This document shows, in pieces, positions 49,816 through 61,562 of a DNA stretch of 64,000 bases. The stretch's first letter is position 1; the number at the start of each line of letters is the position of its first letter. The position numbers were made by a program, and so were the translations under genes. This DNA comes from Squalus acanthias (taxonomy: Eukaryota). The stretch is taken from the NCBI GenBank assembly GCA_030390025.1, contig CM059432.1:2170001-2234000 (forward strand), read 5' to 3'. A model generated the notes under the pieces. That model was not told where the DNA came from. It did no database searches and worked only from the letters and a program-made list of their open reading frames with translations.

Positions 49816-50834
49816 ACAATGACTCGTCAGATATTCATCCAGCTTTGGCATTCTTTCATTCATTGCCATTCCGGCTGATTTTTTTGAAAAAAATGTTCTG
49901 CTGTACCTTTTATTTTTTGTTTAAGCTCTATTTATTCTCGACTTTCTCCCTTTCTTTTCCACCTCTTGATTCATTCCCCATTGTTCTGTCTCTCTCTGGC
50001 CTTTGTCTCCCGCTCTTTACAAGCGGGAGTGGATTGAAAGTGCTGCTCGATAACAAATTGCAAAAAAAAAAAATCCCAACCAGTTCCTCGTGTCCATTTC
50101 TCCCTCCCCCTCGCCCCCTTTTACTATCAGTTCGCCTAAAATTACGTTTCAAAAAAAAAAATGGTAACTCTCCCCATCACAAGTTTGAAGAGAGAGGCTC
50201 GGGGAGCGATTTTCTTCCAGGAGTTGCGACTGAGAACGCATGAAGGTCGACATTCTAATTGCAATCAATAGTTGAAGAGTTCCCGGCGATCTCCAGCACT
50301 AAGATTCCAGATTTTTTCTTTATTTGCCTGCCTTTGATGGAGTCACATGACCCTCTCAGAGGGCAGTCAAGCTTTGGACTCAAATTCTCTTGTTTGCAGG
50401 CCAGTGGCTCCTGGGAGCGAGAGAGACAGAGACAGAGAGAGAGAGAAGTGCCTCAAAGTCCAACTCCTTTTAACACTGCGCACTCGTACGGATTGCCAGA
50501 ATTCCTGCAAAAAAAAACTCGCCAGGGAGCTGAAATACAACTTCCATTGTCTCGCAACACAAATAAGGAGGGGAAAAAAAAGGACGATTTAATATTTTTC
50601 TCCAGCGTCTCGTGTGGCGATCTCTGCCAATCAGAATTTATTGGGTTTTTTTTTTTTTACACGAACATCGCCGCCTCTCGCTTCCTGCGGGACTGGTGCT
50701 TGGGGCATCATGGGACATTTACAATTGAAGACTGAAGCTTGCTGTGTAAACACGGGAAAAGATCACCTCGTTTCTAATGACTGTCGAAAGCCACAAGCAA
50801 AGCGAGGTCGAGAAATCTCGCATGAACTACCCCG

Positions 50835-51122
50835 ACGTTAAACCCGAGGCCCCGTCCACCTTCTCAGGTGGGCGTAAAAGATGGCTGTGTCCTGGGGTGG
50901 GGGGGGGGGGGGGGGACAATATTTCAGCCCTCAGCCAACACCTAAAACAGATTATCTGGTCATTATCACATTGCTGTTTGTGGGATCCTGCTGTGCGCAA
51001 ATTGGCTGCCACGTTTCCCACATTACAACAGTGGCTGCATATCAAAAAAGTACTTCATTGGCTGTAAAGCGCTTTGGGACGTCCGGTGGTCGTGAAAGGC
51101 GCCATATTGCTACAAGTCTTTC
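50835..51122 (+). mobile_element. DeuSINE fragment
   Basis: Core and tail match. Confidence 0.8.
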
Positions 51123-51184
51123 TACCGGGCGACAGGTCTCCCAGACAAAACCTCTTGTTCTGTTCATGCGCCTTAAAAGGCTGT

Positions 51185-51348
51185 GGCCTAGAAATTGATC
51201 TCGGCCGGTGGAGCAACGCGGGCGGTCTGGGACCGGCCGCCTGTTATCGACTGACTGCAGTGGAACTGAACATCGGGCGGTGCGTATAACGGGCGGGCGA
51301 TCCCACACCGCCTGTTTTGCCTCACCGGCCGAGACTGATTTCTAGCCC
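51185..51348. mobile_element. Palindromic Harbinger-like MITE
   Basis: GGCCTAGAAAT..TCTCGGCCGGTG / CACCGGCCGAGA..ATTTCTAGCCC; half copy at 45567-45654. Confidence 0.6.
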
Positions 51349-51446
51349 TCAATGCGCCCAGAAATTTGAAAATGGCAATTTGTGTTTACGGAACAAAGCG
51401 TCCCATTTTTAATCGGCAGAAATTGGGGCTGAAAGGTACATTTTTA

Positions 51447-51991
51447 ACATAGGACAGGAGGAGGCCATTCAGCCCCTCGAGCCTGTTCCGCCATTCAATG
51501 AGATCATGGCTGATCTGTGACCTGACTCCATAGACCCGCCTTTGGCCCCATATCCCTTAATACCTTTGGTTAACAAAAATCTATCAATCTCAGATATAAA
51601 ATTAACAATTGATCTAGCATCAGTTGCCGTTTGCGGAAGAGAGTTCCAAACTTCTACCACCCTTTGTGTGTAGAAGTGTTTCCTAATTTCACTCCTGAAA
51701 AGGTCTGGCTCTAATTTTCAGACTATGCCCCCTAGTCCTAGAATCCCCAACCAGTGGAAATAGTTTCTCTCTATCTACCCTATCTGTTCCCCTTAATAAC
51801 TTGAAAACTTCGATAAAATCACCCCTTAACCTTCTAAATTCCAGGGAATACAACCCTAATTTGTGTAATCGCTCCTCGTAACTTAACCCTTGAAGTCCGG
51901 GTATCATTCTGGTAAACCTGCGCTGCACTCCCTCCAAGGCCAATATATCCTTCCTAAGGTGTGGTGCCCAGAACTGCTCACAGTGCTCCAG
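51447..51991 (-). mobile_element. CR1-type LINE 3' fragment
   Basis: ORF 51689-51943. Confidence 0.9.
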
Positions 51992-52390
51992 TTAAGAACG
52001 ATGACAGTTGACCAAAAGGTGAAGCGCGCACTTTGGAAGTATTTATTTTACTGATTTAGGCAGCTCTGTTACTACGATCCCCACCCACATTATGGGATGG
52101 CTCCAAGGGTTGCTAACTCTGGATGTATCCCTGGAGGTTCAGGACATAACCTCCCGCTTCCAACCGCTCGGCCCTGTCAAACATCCCTTTTTTTTTAAAT
52201 CACACACGTCCCCAATATTTTTAATAACTAATAAACAAAAGGAGAGAGGAAATCTGGGAGTGACTGATGCCAAGTGTTCACTAGAACATAAGAAATAGGA
52301 ACAGGAGCAGGAGTCGGCTATTTGGCCCTTCGAGTCTGGACCGTCATTCAATAAAAAAAAGACTTGCATTTCTATAGCGCCTTTCACGAC

Positions 52391-52823
52391 CATAGAAACA
52401 TAGAGCAGGAGTAGGCCATTCGGTCCGTCGAGCCTGCTCCACCATTCAATACGATCATGGCTGATCATCCAAATCCAGTACCCTGTCCCTGCTTTCTCAC
52501 ACAGAATCCCCATCGAGCCTGCACCGACACATATCCCACCCTGTCCCCGTAACCCCACGTATTTAATTCCCCCTAACATATCCCATCCTATCCCCGCATA
52601 TTTAATCCCCCCCCTAACACTAAGGGTCAATTTATCATAGCCAAATCAACCTAACCCGCACATTTTTGGACTGTGGGAGGAAACCGGAGCACCCGGAGGA
52701 AACCCACGCAGACACGGGGAGAATGTACAAACTCCACACCGACAGTCACCCGAGGCCAGATTCGAACCCGGGTCCCTGGCGCTGTGAGGCACCAGTGCTA
52801 ACCACTATGCCACCGTGTTGCCC
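52391..52823 (-). mobile_element. Full-length V-SINE (HE1-like)
   Basis: Close reverse-complement match to 47325-47718. Confidence 0.9.
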
Positions 52824-53042
52824 ACCGGCCATCCCAAAGCGCTTTACAGCCAATGAAGTACGTTTTGAAGTGTGGTCACTGTTGTAATGTAGAAATGCGA
52901 CAGCCAATTTGAACACAGCAAGATCCCACAAACATCAATGTGATAATGACCAGATCATCTGCTTTTTAAAAAAAAGAGATGTCAGTTGAGGGATAAATAT
53001 TGGCCAGGACACCGGGGATAACTCCCCTGCTCTTCTTCATAA

Positions 53043-53132
53043 CTTCACCTGAAGAAGGAGCAGCGCTCCGAAAGCTTGTGATTTCAAATAAAACTGTTGG
53101 ACTATAACCTAGGTGTTGTGCGACTTCTCACA
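53043..53132 (+). mobile_element. Penelope-like single pLTR mini-insertion (family 1)
   Basis: TSD CTTCTTCATAA at 53032-53042 and 53133-53143; CAC-CUGAAGA-A-GGAGC agc GCUCC-GAAA-GC-UU-GUG. Confidence 0.75.
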
Positions 53133-53227
53133 CTTCTTCATAATAGAAGAGCGAGATCTTATCGTCCACCTGAGAGGCCAGATGGGGCCTCGATTTAACA
53201 TAGCACCCGAAAGGCGACACCAATTTG

Positions 53228-54674
53228 TGGCAGCCAATTTGCACACAGCAAGATCCCACAAACAGCAATGTGATAATAACCAGATAATCTGTTTTTTTTT
53301 CATGATGTTGATTGAGGGATAAATATTGGCCCAGAACACCAGGGAGAACTCCCCTGCTCTTCTTTGAAATAGTGGCCGTGGGATCTTTCACATCCACTTG
53401 AGAGAGCAGATGGGGCTTCGGTTTAATGTCTTAGCTGAAAGACAGCAGCTCCGACATTGCAGCGCTCCCTCAGTACTGCCCCTCCGACAGTGCGGCACTC
53501 CGACAGTGCGGCGCTCCCTCAGTACTGCCCCTCAGTACTGACCCTCCGACAGTGCGGCGCTCCCTCAGTACTGACCCTCCGACAGTGCAGCGCTCCCTCA
53601 GTACTGCCCCTCCGACAGTGCAGCACTCCCTCAGCACTGCCCCTCCTACAGTGCGGTGCTCCCTCAGTACTGCCCCTCCGACAGTGCGGTGCTCCCTCAG
53701 TACTGCCCCTCCGACAGTGCAGCACTCCCTCAGTACTGCCCCTCCGACAGTGCAGCACTCCCTCAGCACTGCCCCTCCTACAGTGCGGCGCTCCCTCAGT
53801 ACTGACCCTCCGACAGTGCAGCGCTCCCTCAGTACTGCCCCTGCATCAGTGCAGCGCTCCCTCAGTACTGCCCCTCCGACAGTGCAGCACTCCCTCAGTA
53901 CTGCCCCTCCGACAGTGCAGCACTCCCTCAGTACTGCCCCTCTGACAGTGCGGCGCGCCCTCAGTACTGCCCCTCCGACAGTGCGGCCCTCCCTCAGTGC
54001 TGCCCCTCCGACAGTGCGGCGCTCCCTCAGTACTGCCCCTCCGACAATGCGGCACTCCCTCAGTACTGCCCCTCCGACAGTGCAGCACTCCCTCAGTACT
54101 GCCCCTCTGACAGTGCGGCGCGCCCTCAGTACTGCCCCTCCGACAGTGCGGCCCTCCCTCAGTGCTGCCCCTCCGACAGTGCGGCGCTCCCTCAGTACTG
54201 CCCCTCCGACAATGCGGCACTCCCTCAGTACCGCCCCTCCGACAGTGCGGCGCTCCCTCAGTACCGCCCCTCCGACAGTGCGGCGCTCCCTCAGTACTGC
54301 CCCTCCGACAGTGCAGCACTCCCTCAGTACTGCCCCTCTGACAGTGCGGCGCGCCCTCAGTACTGCCCCTCCGACAGTGCGGCCTCCCTCAGTGCTGCCC
54401 CTCCGACAGTGCGGCGCTCCCTCAGTACTGCCCCTCCGACAATGCAGGCACTCCCTCAGTACTGCCCCTCCGACAGTGCAGCACTCCCTCAGTACTGCCC
54501 CTCTGACAGTGCGGCGCGCCCTCAGTACTGCCCCTCCGACAGTGCGGCCCTCCCTCAGTACTGCACTGGGAGTGTCAGCCTAGATTTTTGTGCTCAAGTC
54601 TCTGGAGTGGGACTCAAACGCACAACCTTCTGACTCAGAGGCGAGTGTGCTACCCACTGAGCCACGGCTGACAT
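53228..54674 (-). mobile_element. DeuSINE with large internal VNTR
   Basis: Intact head at 54563-54674 and core at 53228-53451 flank the array. Confidence 0.9.
53452..54562 (-). repeat. 33-bp minisatellite, about 33 units, with higher-order structure
   Basis: Same unit as 24603; 11-aa periodicity in the ORF track. Confidence 0.95.
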
Positions 54675-55219
54675 TTAATGCCCCCTGTGACTTTTCTTCC
54701 CGGATTTTTTTTTCTCACAGCAGTGCCCCTGGAGATTAAGCTTTAATTCCTGGAGACTAAGAGACAATGCTGGAGGGTTGGCAGTCCTCGATGACACAGG
54801 CCTTTGATAAGCAGGTGATGAAGATGCAGTGGCATTTGGATTCTGGTCAAAGTCTGGCGGTGGGAACGTGAAATGTTCATGCTGCGGCTGACTTGAATGG
54901 CGAATAATGCCCAGCACTGCAATTATGGATTTTATCCTTCCAAACTCGGGCTGTGGCTAGAGGTAGCTTTTGGAGCTATATAGTATATCACTAGGACCAA
55001 GCACTCGGTTATTGGAGGCTGTCCGTGCTGGTAATACTGTAAAGAGAGTAACTCGAGATGTTGCATTAAGCATATCGCACAATAAACATACCATCTAAAA
55101 GTAAAGCGTATTGGCTGAACTCTCTCTCTCTCTCTCTGGTGGTGCATCAATATGTTGGCCATTGTTGGAGACGACTCTGTCCTGTAAAGGAATGCTGGTA
55201 GTTTGCCGTCATTGAATAA

Positions 55220-55396
55220 ATGATCTGCTCATTAGCAGATTGCGGTTTGTGGGAGCTTGCTGTGCGCAAATTGGCTGCCGCGTTTCCTACATTACAACAG
55301 TGACCGCACTTCAAAAAAAAAAGTACTTCATTGGCTGTGAAACGCTTTGGGACGTCCTGAGGTTGTGAAAGGCGCTATAGAAATGCAAGTTCTTTC
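55220..55396 (+). mobile_element. DeuSINE 3' fragment
   Basis: Tail match. Confidence 0.85.
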
Positions 55397-55464
55397 ATTA
55401 CAAAGGACTTTCTGAACGAAAGAACAAAGGTCGCCACCAGCTGTTCACGAAGACAACCCGCCGC

Positions 55465-55614
55465 CAATGTTCCCTCCAAGCCGCGCGGCCGCGTGCGCCG
55501 TCTGCAGCCCGGGGGGGGGGGGGGGGGCGGCTTTTTAAACGTGAAGGTTCGCGCATACGCGAAACTTTGGGAGGGCCGTGTGGCCCGTTAAGGGGGGCCG
55601 CACCCCCAACATTG
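55465..55614. mobile_element. hAT-like MITE (family of 941)
   Basis: Ends CAATGTT / AACATTG and shared internal motifs; TSD not evident. Confidence 0.6.
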
Positions 55615-56299
55615 CCCCTTCGCCACCATCTCAAGGGGCAACTGGGGACGGGCAATAAATGTCGGCCTTGCCAGCGACGCCCACATCCCGAGAATGAATA
55701 GATTTCTCCATTGTGTATTTTCTACTTTAAGGCACTACTGCCAGAGCAACAATTTGCCGTCAGTTCGACGCCTGAAACACGCTCTCTCGCTCATTGTAAT
55801 GGGAGACACGAAGAACGTGTCTCACATGAACGACACATTCAGCCATGATCTCACTGAATGGCGGAGCAGGCTCGAGGGGCCAAATGGCCTACTGCTGCTC
55901 CTAATCCTTATGTTATCATTCGACTGCCCAGGTGGTGGTGGTGACTGGTGAGCGTGGGGCTTTACGACATTGAACACAAGGAGTTAACACAACACAAAGG
56001 CGCGAGATTAACACTGGGCTGTTAGATGGACAGCACCGCGTTTAGCAACAACCCAGTGACAGGAGGAGTCTGATGTATTTGTGAACACATTCCAACTCAT
56101 CTCCTACACACACAAAGCTTCTTCTTCAAGGTTCTTTTCACTCTCGTGAGAGAAAAGGGTGCAGCAATCCAACTTAAGTTTCCAGAATATTAAGAAATCA
56201 CCAGTTTCAGATCGAGTCTGTGCTTCCAATAACCTAGTGAGCGCCAAGTGAAAGACCCGAGAACCAGCAGCAATTAGGCTGAAGAGGAAGGGAAGGAGA

Positions 56300-56830
56300 A
56301 TAGAATCATACAGCAGAAAGAGCTCTTCAATTAGTCCCACTCCCCCCCTGCTCTTTCCCCACAGCCCTGCAAATTTTTCCCCTTCCAGTATTTATCCAAT
56401 TCCCTTTTGAAAGTTACTATTGAATCTGCTTCCACCGCCCTTTCAGGCAGCGCGTTCCAGATCACAACAACTCGCTGCGTAAAAAAATGTTTCCTCATCT
56501 CCCCCTCTGGTTCTTCAGCCAATTAACGTATGTCTGTGTCCTCTGGTTACCGACCCTCCTGCCACTGGAAACGGTTTCTCCCTATCTACTCTTATCAAAA
56601 AAAAACGCTCAGCAATTTGAACACCTCTTATTAAATCTTCCCTTAACCTTCTCTGCTCGAAGGAGAACAGTCCCAGCTTCTCCAGTCTCTCCACATAACT
56701 GAAATCCCTCATCCCTGGTACCATTCTAGTAAATCTCTTCTGCACCCTCTTAAAGAGCGGTGCCCAGAATTGGACACAATACTCCAGCTGAGGCCTAACT
56801 GGGTGATTTATAAAAGGTTTAGCATAACGT
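56300..56830 (-). mobile_element. CR1-type LINE 3' fragment
   Basis: ORFs 56331 and 56515. Confidence 0.88.
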
Positions 56831-56930
56831 TTGGAAGGTGAACATTCCCAGCTTCCCTAGTCTCTCCGCAGACTAAAGAATTTCTGTCCTCTGTCCTCCC
56901 CCTCCCCCTTCCCCGTGACTCCGATACATT

Positions 56931-57450
56931 AACATAAGAACATAAGAAATAGGATCAGGAGTCGGCCATTTGGCCCCTCGAGCCTGCTCGGCCATTCAAT
57001 AAGATCATGGCTGATCTTCGACCTCCACTTTCCCGCCCGATCCCCATATCCCTTGATTCCCTGAGAGTCCAAAAATCTATCGATCTCAGCCTTGAATATA
57101 CTCAAAGACTGAGCCTCCACAGCCCTCTGGGGCAGAGAATTCCAAAGATTCACAACCCTCTGAGTGAAGATATCCTCCCTCATCTCAGTCCTAAATGGCC
57201 GACCCCTTATCCTGAGACTATGCCCCCTAGTTCTAGACTCTCCAGCCAGGGGAAACAACCTCTCAGCATCTACCCTGTCAAGCCCTGTAAGAATTTTGTA
57301 TGTTTCAATGAGTTCATCTCTCATTCTTCTAAACCCCAGAGAGTACAGGCCCATTCTACTCAATCTCTCGTCACAGGACAAGCCTTTCATCCCAGGGATC
57401 AATCTAGTGAACCTTTGTTGCACCCCCTCTAAGGCATGTACGTCCTTAAC
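56931..57450 (-). mobile_element. CR1-type LINE 3' fragment
   Basis: Core of ORF 56929-57567. Confidence 0.9.
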
Positions 57451-57882
57451 TGGGAAACAGGCCCGAGACAACCTCCAACATTCCACAAGCGTAGATGGCA
57501 TCAGTAACACATTGCTGGCACCTTCCAGGCAAGTAGCTGTTGCCTTTTTTATCAAATCAATATGCACCGAGATTTGATTTTTTCTTAATTTGAACTGCCT
57601 AAAAGCAAAGACTAGTACAACTCAAGGGACTGCGATATTACGAGCAACTATTGTACTACTTGAATACAAAACAAAGTTGCACCATAAATTAATCCAGCAG
57701 GGACTACCATCTGAAGATTTTCAAACCCTTACAATCTGAATAGCTTTTGCAGTAAATCACAGCAATAGTAGCAGCAGATCTCATTTAACTAATCCTATTA
57801 ACTGTGGCATTTACTAGAATTTCAAACTTATTTTTTAAGATCGTTTTCGCAATTTTTTTAAAAAAAGGTACAACAATAAGTA

Positions 57883-58397
57883 ACAGGATCAGGAGTCGGC
57901 CATTCGGCCCCTCGAGCCTGCTCCGCCATTCAATAAGATCATGGCTGATCTTCTACCTCAACTCCACTTTCCCACCCCATCCCCATATCCCTTGATTCCC
58001 CTAGAGTCCAAAAATCTATCTATCTCAGCCTTGAATATACTCAAAGACTCAGCATCACAGCCCTCTGGGGCAGAGAATTCCAAAGATTCACCACCCTCTG
58101 AGTGAAGAAATTTCTCCTCATCTCAGTCCTAAATGGCCGACCCCTTATCTGAGACTGTGACCCCTGGTTCTAGACTCTCCAGCCAGGGGAAACATCCTCC
58201 CTGCATCTACCCTGTCAAGCCCTGTAAGAATTTTGTATGTTTCAATGAGATCACCTCTCATTCTTCTAAACTCTAGGGAACATAGGCCTAGTCTACTCAA
58301 TCTCTCCTCATAGGACAATCCCCTCATCCCAGGAATCAGTCTAGTGAACCTTTCACTCCCTTTAAGGCAAGTATATCCTTCCTTAGGTAAGGAGACC
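57883..58397 (-). mobile_element. CR1-type LINE 3' fragment
   Basis: ORF 58145-58411. Confidence 0.9.
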
Positions 58398-58559
58398 TCA
58401 ACCAGCATCACTAAAAAAACAGATTATCTGGTCATTATCATACTGCTGTATGTGAGCCTACCTACCTGACCCAGAAATGCCAATTTGTGGGGGAGGGAGA
58501 GAAACATACAATTAAACTTGTAAAACATGGTATAGAAATGGTAATGTAGAATATTTATT

Positions 58560-58890
58560 GGCCTGGGCCCTAAGCTCTGGAATTCCCTCCCTAAACCTCT
58601 CTACCTCTCTCTCCTTTAAGACGCTCCTTAAAACCTACCTCTTTGACCAAGCTTTCGGTCACCTGCCCTAATATCTCTTATGTGGCTCGGTGTCAAATTG
58701 TGTCTGATAATCGCTCCTGTGAAGCGCCCTGGGATGTTTTACTATGTTAAAGGCGCTATATAAATACAAGTTGTTGACGAAAGGTCATCGACCTGAAACG
58801 TTAACTCTGTTTCTCTCTCTTCACAGATGCTGCCTGATCTGCTGAGTATTTCCAGCATTTTCTGTTTTTATTACAAGTTGTTGTTGTTGT
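58560..58890 (+). mobile_element. L2 3' end
   Basis: Tail interrupted by a Penelope-like insert. Confidence 0.88.
58777..58871 (+). mobile_element. Penelope-like pLTR mini-insertion (family 2)
   Basis: TSD TACAAGTTGTTG at 58765-58776 and 58872-58883; starts inside the hammerhead core. Confidence 0.72.
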
Positions 58891-59334
58891 CTTTAGTAAA
58901 TTTTGATACTTGTATATATTTTTAATACCAAATAATGGTTAAAAATATACATGTTAAAAAAAAATCCATTGACGTCTGCCCCTGGAGAGTATTAATAAAT
59001 ACCCCCACGGAACATTCCAGCGCTGTCCATGCTCACATTCACATTCAGAGTGAAGTAGACATTTCCATAATTGCTCATTTTAAATAACATTTCTCAGTTT
59101 TCTGGGTAAAGGAACTGTCGGGAATCAATTAAAAATAAAACATCTTCCTAAAATGTGCCCACAGCCTGACCAGCATTAAAGCCATACCCTTCTGCCCACG
59201 GAAATAATGAGAAGGAAAGGTGGGTGTCTGAGAGAGTTCTTTTTAAAAACAGCAATATATATTCTAAATGCACAAGTTTAGCAGAATCAGATTCAGGTTT
59301 CTGCAAAAAGGAGATGAAATGAAAATATAGTCAC

Positions 59335-59930
59335 GCACTCTCCCCTCTGAGTCAGAAGGTCGTGGGTTCAAGTCCCACTCCAGAGACTCGAGCATAAAAA
59401 TCTAGGCCGACACTCCCAGTGCAGTGCTGAGGGAGCGCCGCGCTGTCGGAGGTGCCGTCTTTCAGATTAGATGTTAAACCGAGGCCCCGTCTGCTCTCTC
59501 AGGTGAACGTAAAAGGTCCCATGGCCACTATTTTGAAGAGGGGCTGGGCAGCAATCCCTGGTGTCCTGGCCAATATTTATCACTGAAACAGATTATCTGG
59601 TCATTGTCACATTGCTGTTTGTGGGAGCTTGCTGTGCGTATATTTGTGAAAGGCGCTATATAAATGCAAGTCTTTGGAACGTGCAATTAAACTTGTAAAA
59701 CACGGTATAGAAAGAAAGAACTTGCATTTCTATAGCACCTCAGGACGTCCCAAAGCGTTTTACAGCCAATGAAATAAGTCTTTTGAAGTGTAGTCACTGT
59801 TGTAATGTGGGAAACGCGGCAGCCAATTTGCGCACAGCAAGCTCCCACAAACAGCAATGTGATAATGATCAGATAATCTGGGTTTTTTTTTTTTAGTGAT
59901 GATGGTTGAAGGATAAATGTTGGCCCAGGA
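59335..59930. mobile_element. Two tail-to-tail DeuSINEs (plus 59335-59675, minus 59710-59930)
   Basis: Family match. Confidence 0.85.
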
Positions 59931-60257
59931 CTTCAATGTGACGAGACAGAGACTGTCCACAGTGAACTGGGCCAATCTGTTTACCGGCAAAACGACAGAA
60001 GATCAGTGGGAGGTGTTCAAAAAAGAATTTAATACGATACAGAATCAGTTTATACCCGTAAGAGGCAAGAGCTCTACCTGCCAACAAAAAACCAGCCATG
60101 GACGACTAAAGAGGTAAGGGACAATATAAAACTAAAAGAAAAAGCAGATAAAAGTGCGAAAACCAGCAAAGATCCTGGCAACTGGGAGAGATACAAATAA
60201 CAACAAAAGGTGACAAAACAGATCGTAAGAGCTACAAAAAGGGAGCATGAAAAGAAA
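59928..60257 (+). mobile_element. Internal CR1 ORF2 fragment (endonuclease-RT linker)
   Basis: DFNVTRQRLSTVNWANLF..QWEVFKKEF..FIPVR, then PWTTKEVRDNIKLKEKA..WERYK after a frameshift. Confidence 0.75.
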
Positions 60258-60618
60258 CCTTCACAGGAGCGATTATCAAACAAAATTCGACACCGAGCCA
60301 CAGAAGGAGAAATTAGGGCAGGTGACCAAAAGCTTGGTCAAAGAGGTCGGTTTTAAGGAGCGTTTTGAAGGAGAGAGAGAGGTGGAGAGGTTTAGGGCAG
60401 GGAATTCCAGAGCTCAGGGTCCAGGCAGCTGAAGGCACGGCCACCAATGGTGGAGAGATTAAAATCGGGGATGCGCAAGAGGCCAGAATTGGAGGAGCGC
60501 AGAGATCTCGGGGGGTTGTGGGGCTGGAGGAGATTACGGAGATTGGGAGGGGCGAGGCCCTGGCGGGATTTGAAAACAAGGAGGAAAATTTTATAATTGA
60601 GACGTTGCTTAACCGGCA
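60258..60618 (-). mobile_element. L2 3' fragment
   Basis: PVKQRLNYKIFLLVFKS..LWNSLP. Confidence 0.88.
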
Positions 60619-61120
60619 AGTACTCCAGCAAGAGTCAGTAAGTCGATGAACGAGAGGACGTGTAAAAAAAGGGGAAAAAAGCAGGGAGATGTTTGCTTTG
60701 TAAACACTAGATTGGAAAACCAACTCTCAGAGCAGCACAGTCAGCACTTGCTGCTATCGCCACCTTTCCTTAGCAGCACTGCGTTGGGAGTCTTCAGACC
60801 TGGTTACTAAAGCCAGCCCAAAAACATCCCCAATACTATAGCGCCAACCCTTTGACAGGATGTTGTAAAAGTTTGGTGCTTACTGATGTAAACCACTGCA
60901 GTTCCAAACCCTTCTCCTGTGGCTGCCAAGGAATTAATATCAATGCCAGATCAACCCTCCAAATATTTACGGCAGAACCGTTCAAACTGTGCTTTCCAGA
61001 TCTGGCCCTCAAAATCCAAGAACCTGATTGACAAACACTTTTCATTCATCGCTGCAACACACATGCAGTCGACACGGAACATAATGAAAACCTCCAGCAA
61101 CTTCATTCCCAGCATAATTC

Positions 61121-61562
61121 AGTGTCAGCCGTGGCTCAGTGGGCAGCACTCTCGCCTCTGAATCAGAAGGTCGTGGGTTCATAGTCCCACTCCAGAGACT
61201 TGAGCACAAAAATCCAGGCTGACACTCCAGTGCCAGTGCTGAGGGAGTGCTGCACTGTCGGAGGTGCCGTCTTTCAGATGAGACGTTAAACCGAGGCCCC
61301 GTCTGCTCTCTCAGGTGGACGTAAAAGATCACATGGCCACTATTTCGAAGAAGAGCAGGCGAGTTATCCCCGGTGTCCGGGGCCAATGTTTATTCCTCAA
61401 TCAACATCATTAAAACAGATTATCTGGTCATTGTGACATTGCTGTTTGTGGGAGCTTGCTGTGCACAAATTAGCTGCTGTTTTTCCTACATTACAACAGT
61501 GACTGCGCTTTGGGATGTGCTGAGGTCGAGAAAGATGCTATATAAATGCAAGTCTCTTTCTT
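61121..61562 (+). mobile_element. Full-length DeuSINE
   Basis: GTGTCAGCCGTGGCTCAGTGGG head through the tail. Confidence 0.9.

Larger units (their letters stand above)
52357..53220 (-). mobile_element. DeuSINE interrupted by a V-SINE and a Penelope-like mini-element
   Basis: SINE continuity across both inserts. Confidence 0.75.

Noticed and set aside
49620..50841. Several 75-200 aa ORFs in semi-unique sequence
   Set aside because: Non-ATG starts, homopolymer runs, partly L2-derived and no recognisable domain; a short host exon cannot be excluded without RNA data
53452..54562. CRISPR-like array of 33-bp partly palindromic repeats (also 24603-25100)
   Set aside because: Units are contiguous with no unique spacers, there are no cas genes, the context is eukaryotic and the unit derives from the SINE
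53552..54583. 343-aa repetitive ORF
   Set aside because: Product of a stop-free 33-bp unit; several frames are open and the start is not ATG
54815..54891. Box C/D snoRNA-like GTGATGA..CTGA
   Set aside because: Weak terminal stem and no rRNA/snRNA complement that I could recognise; such motifs occur by chance
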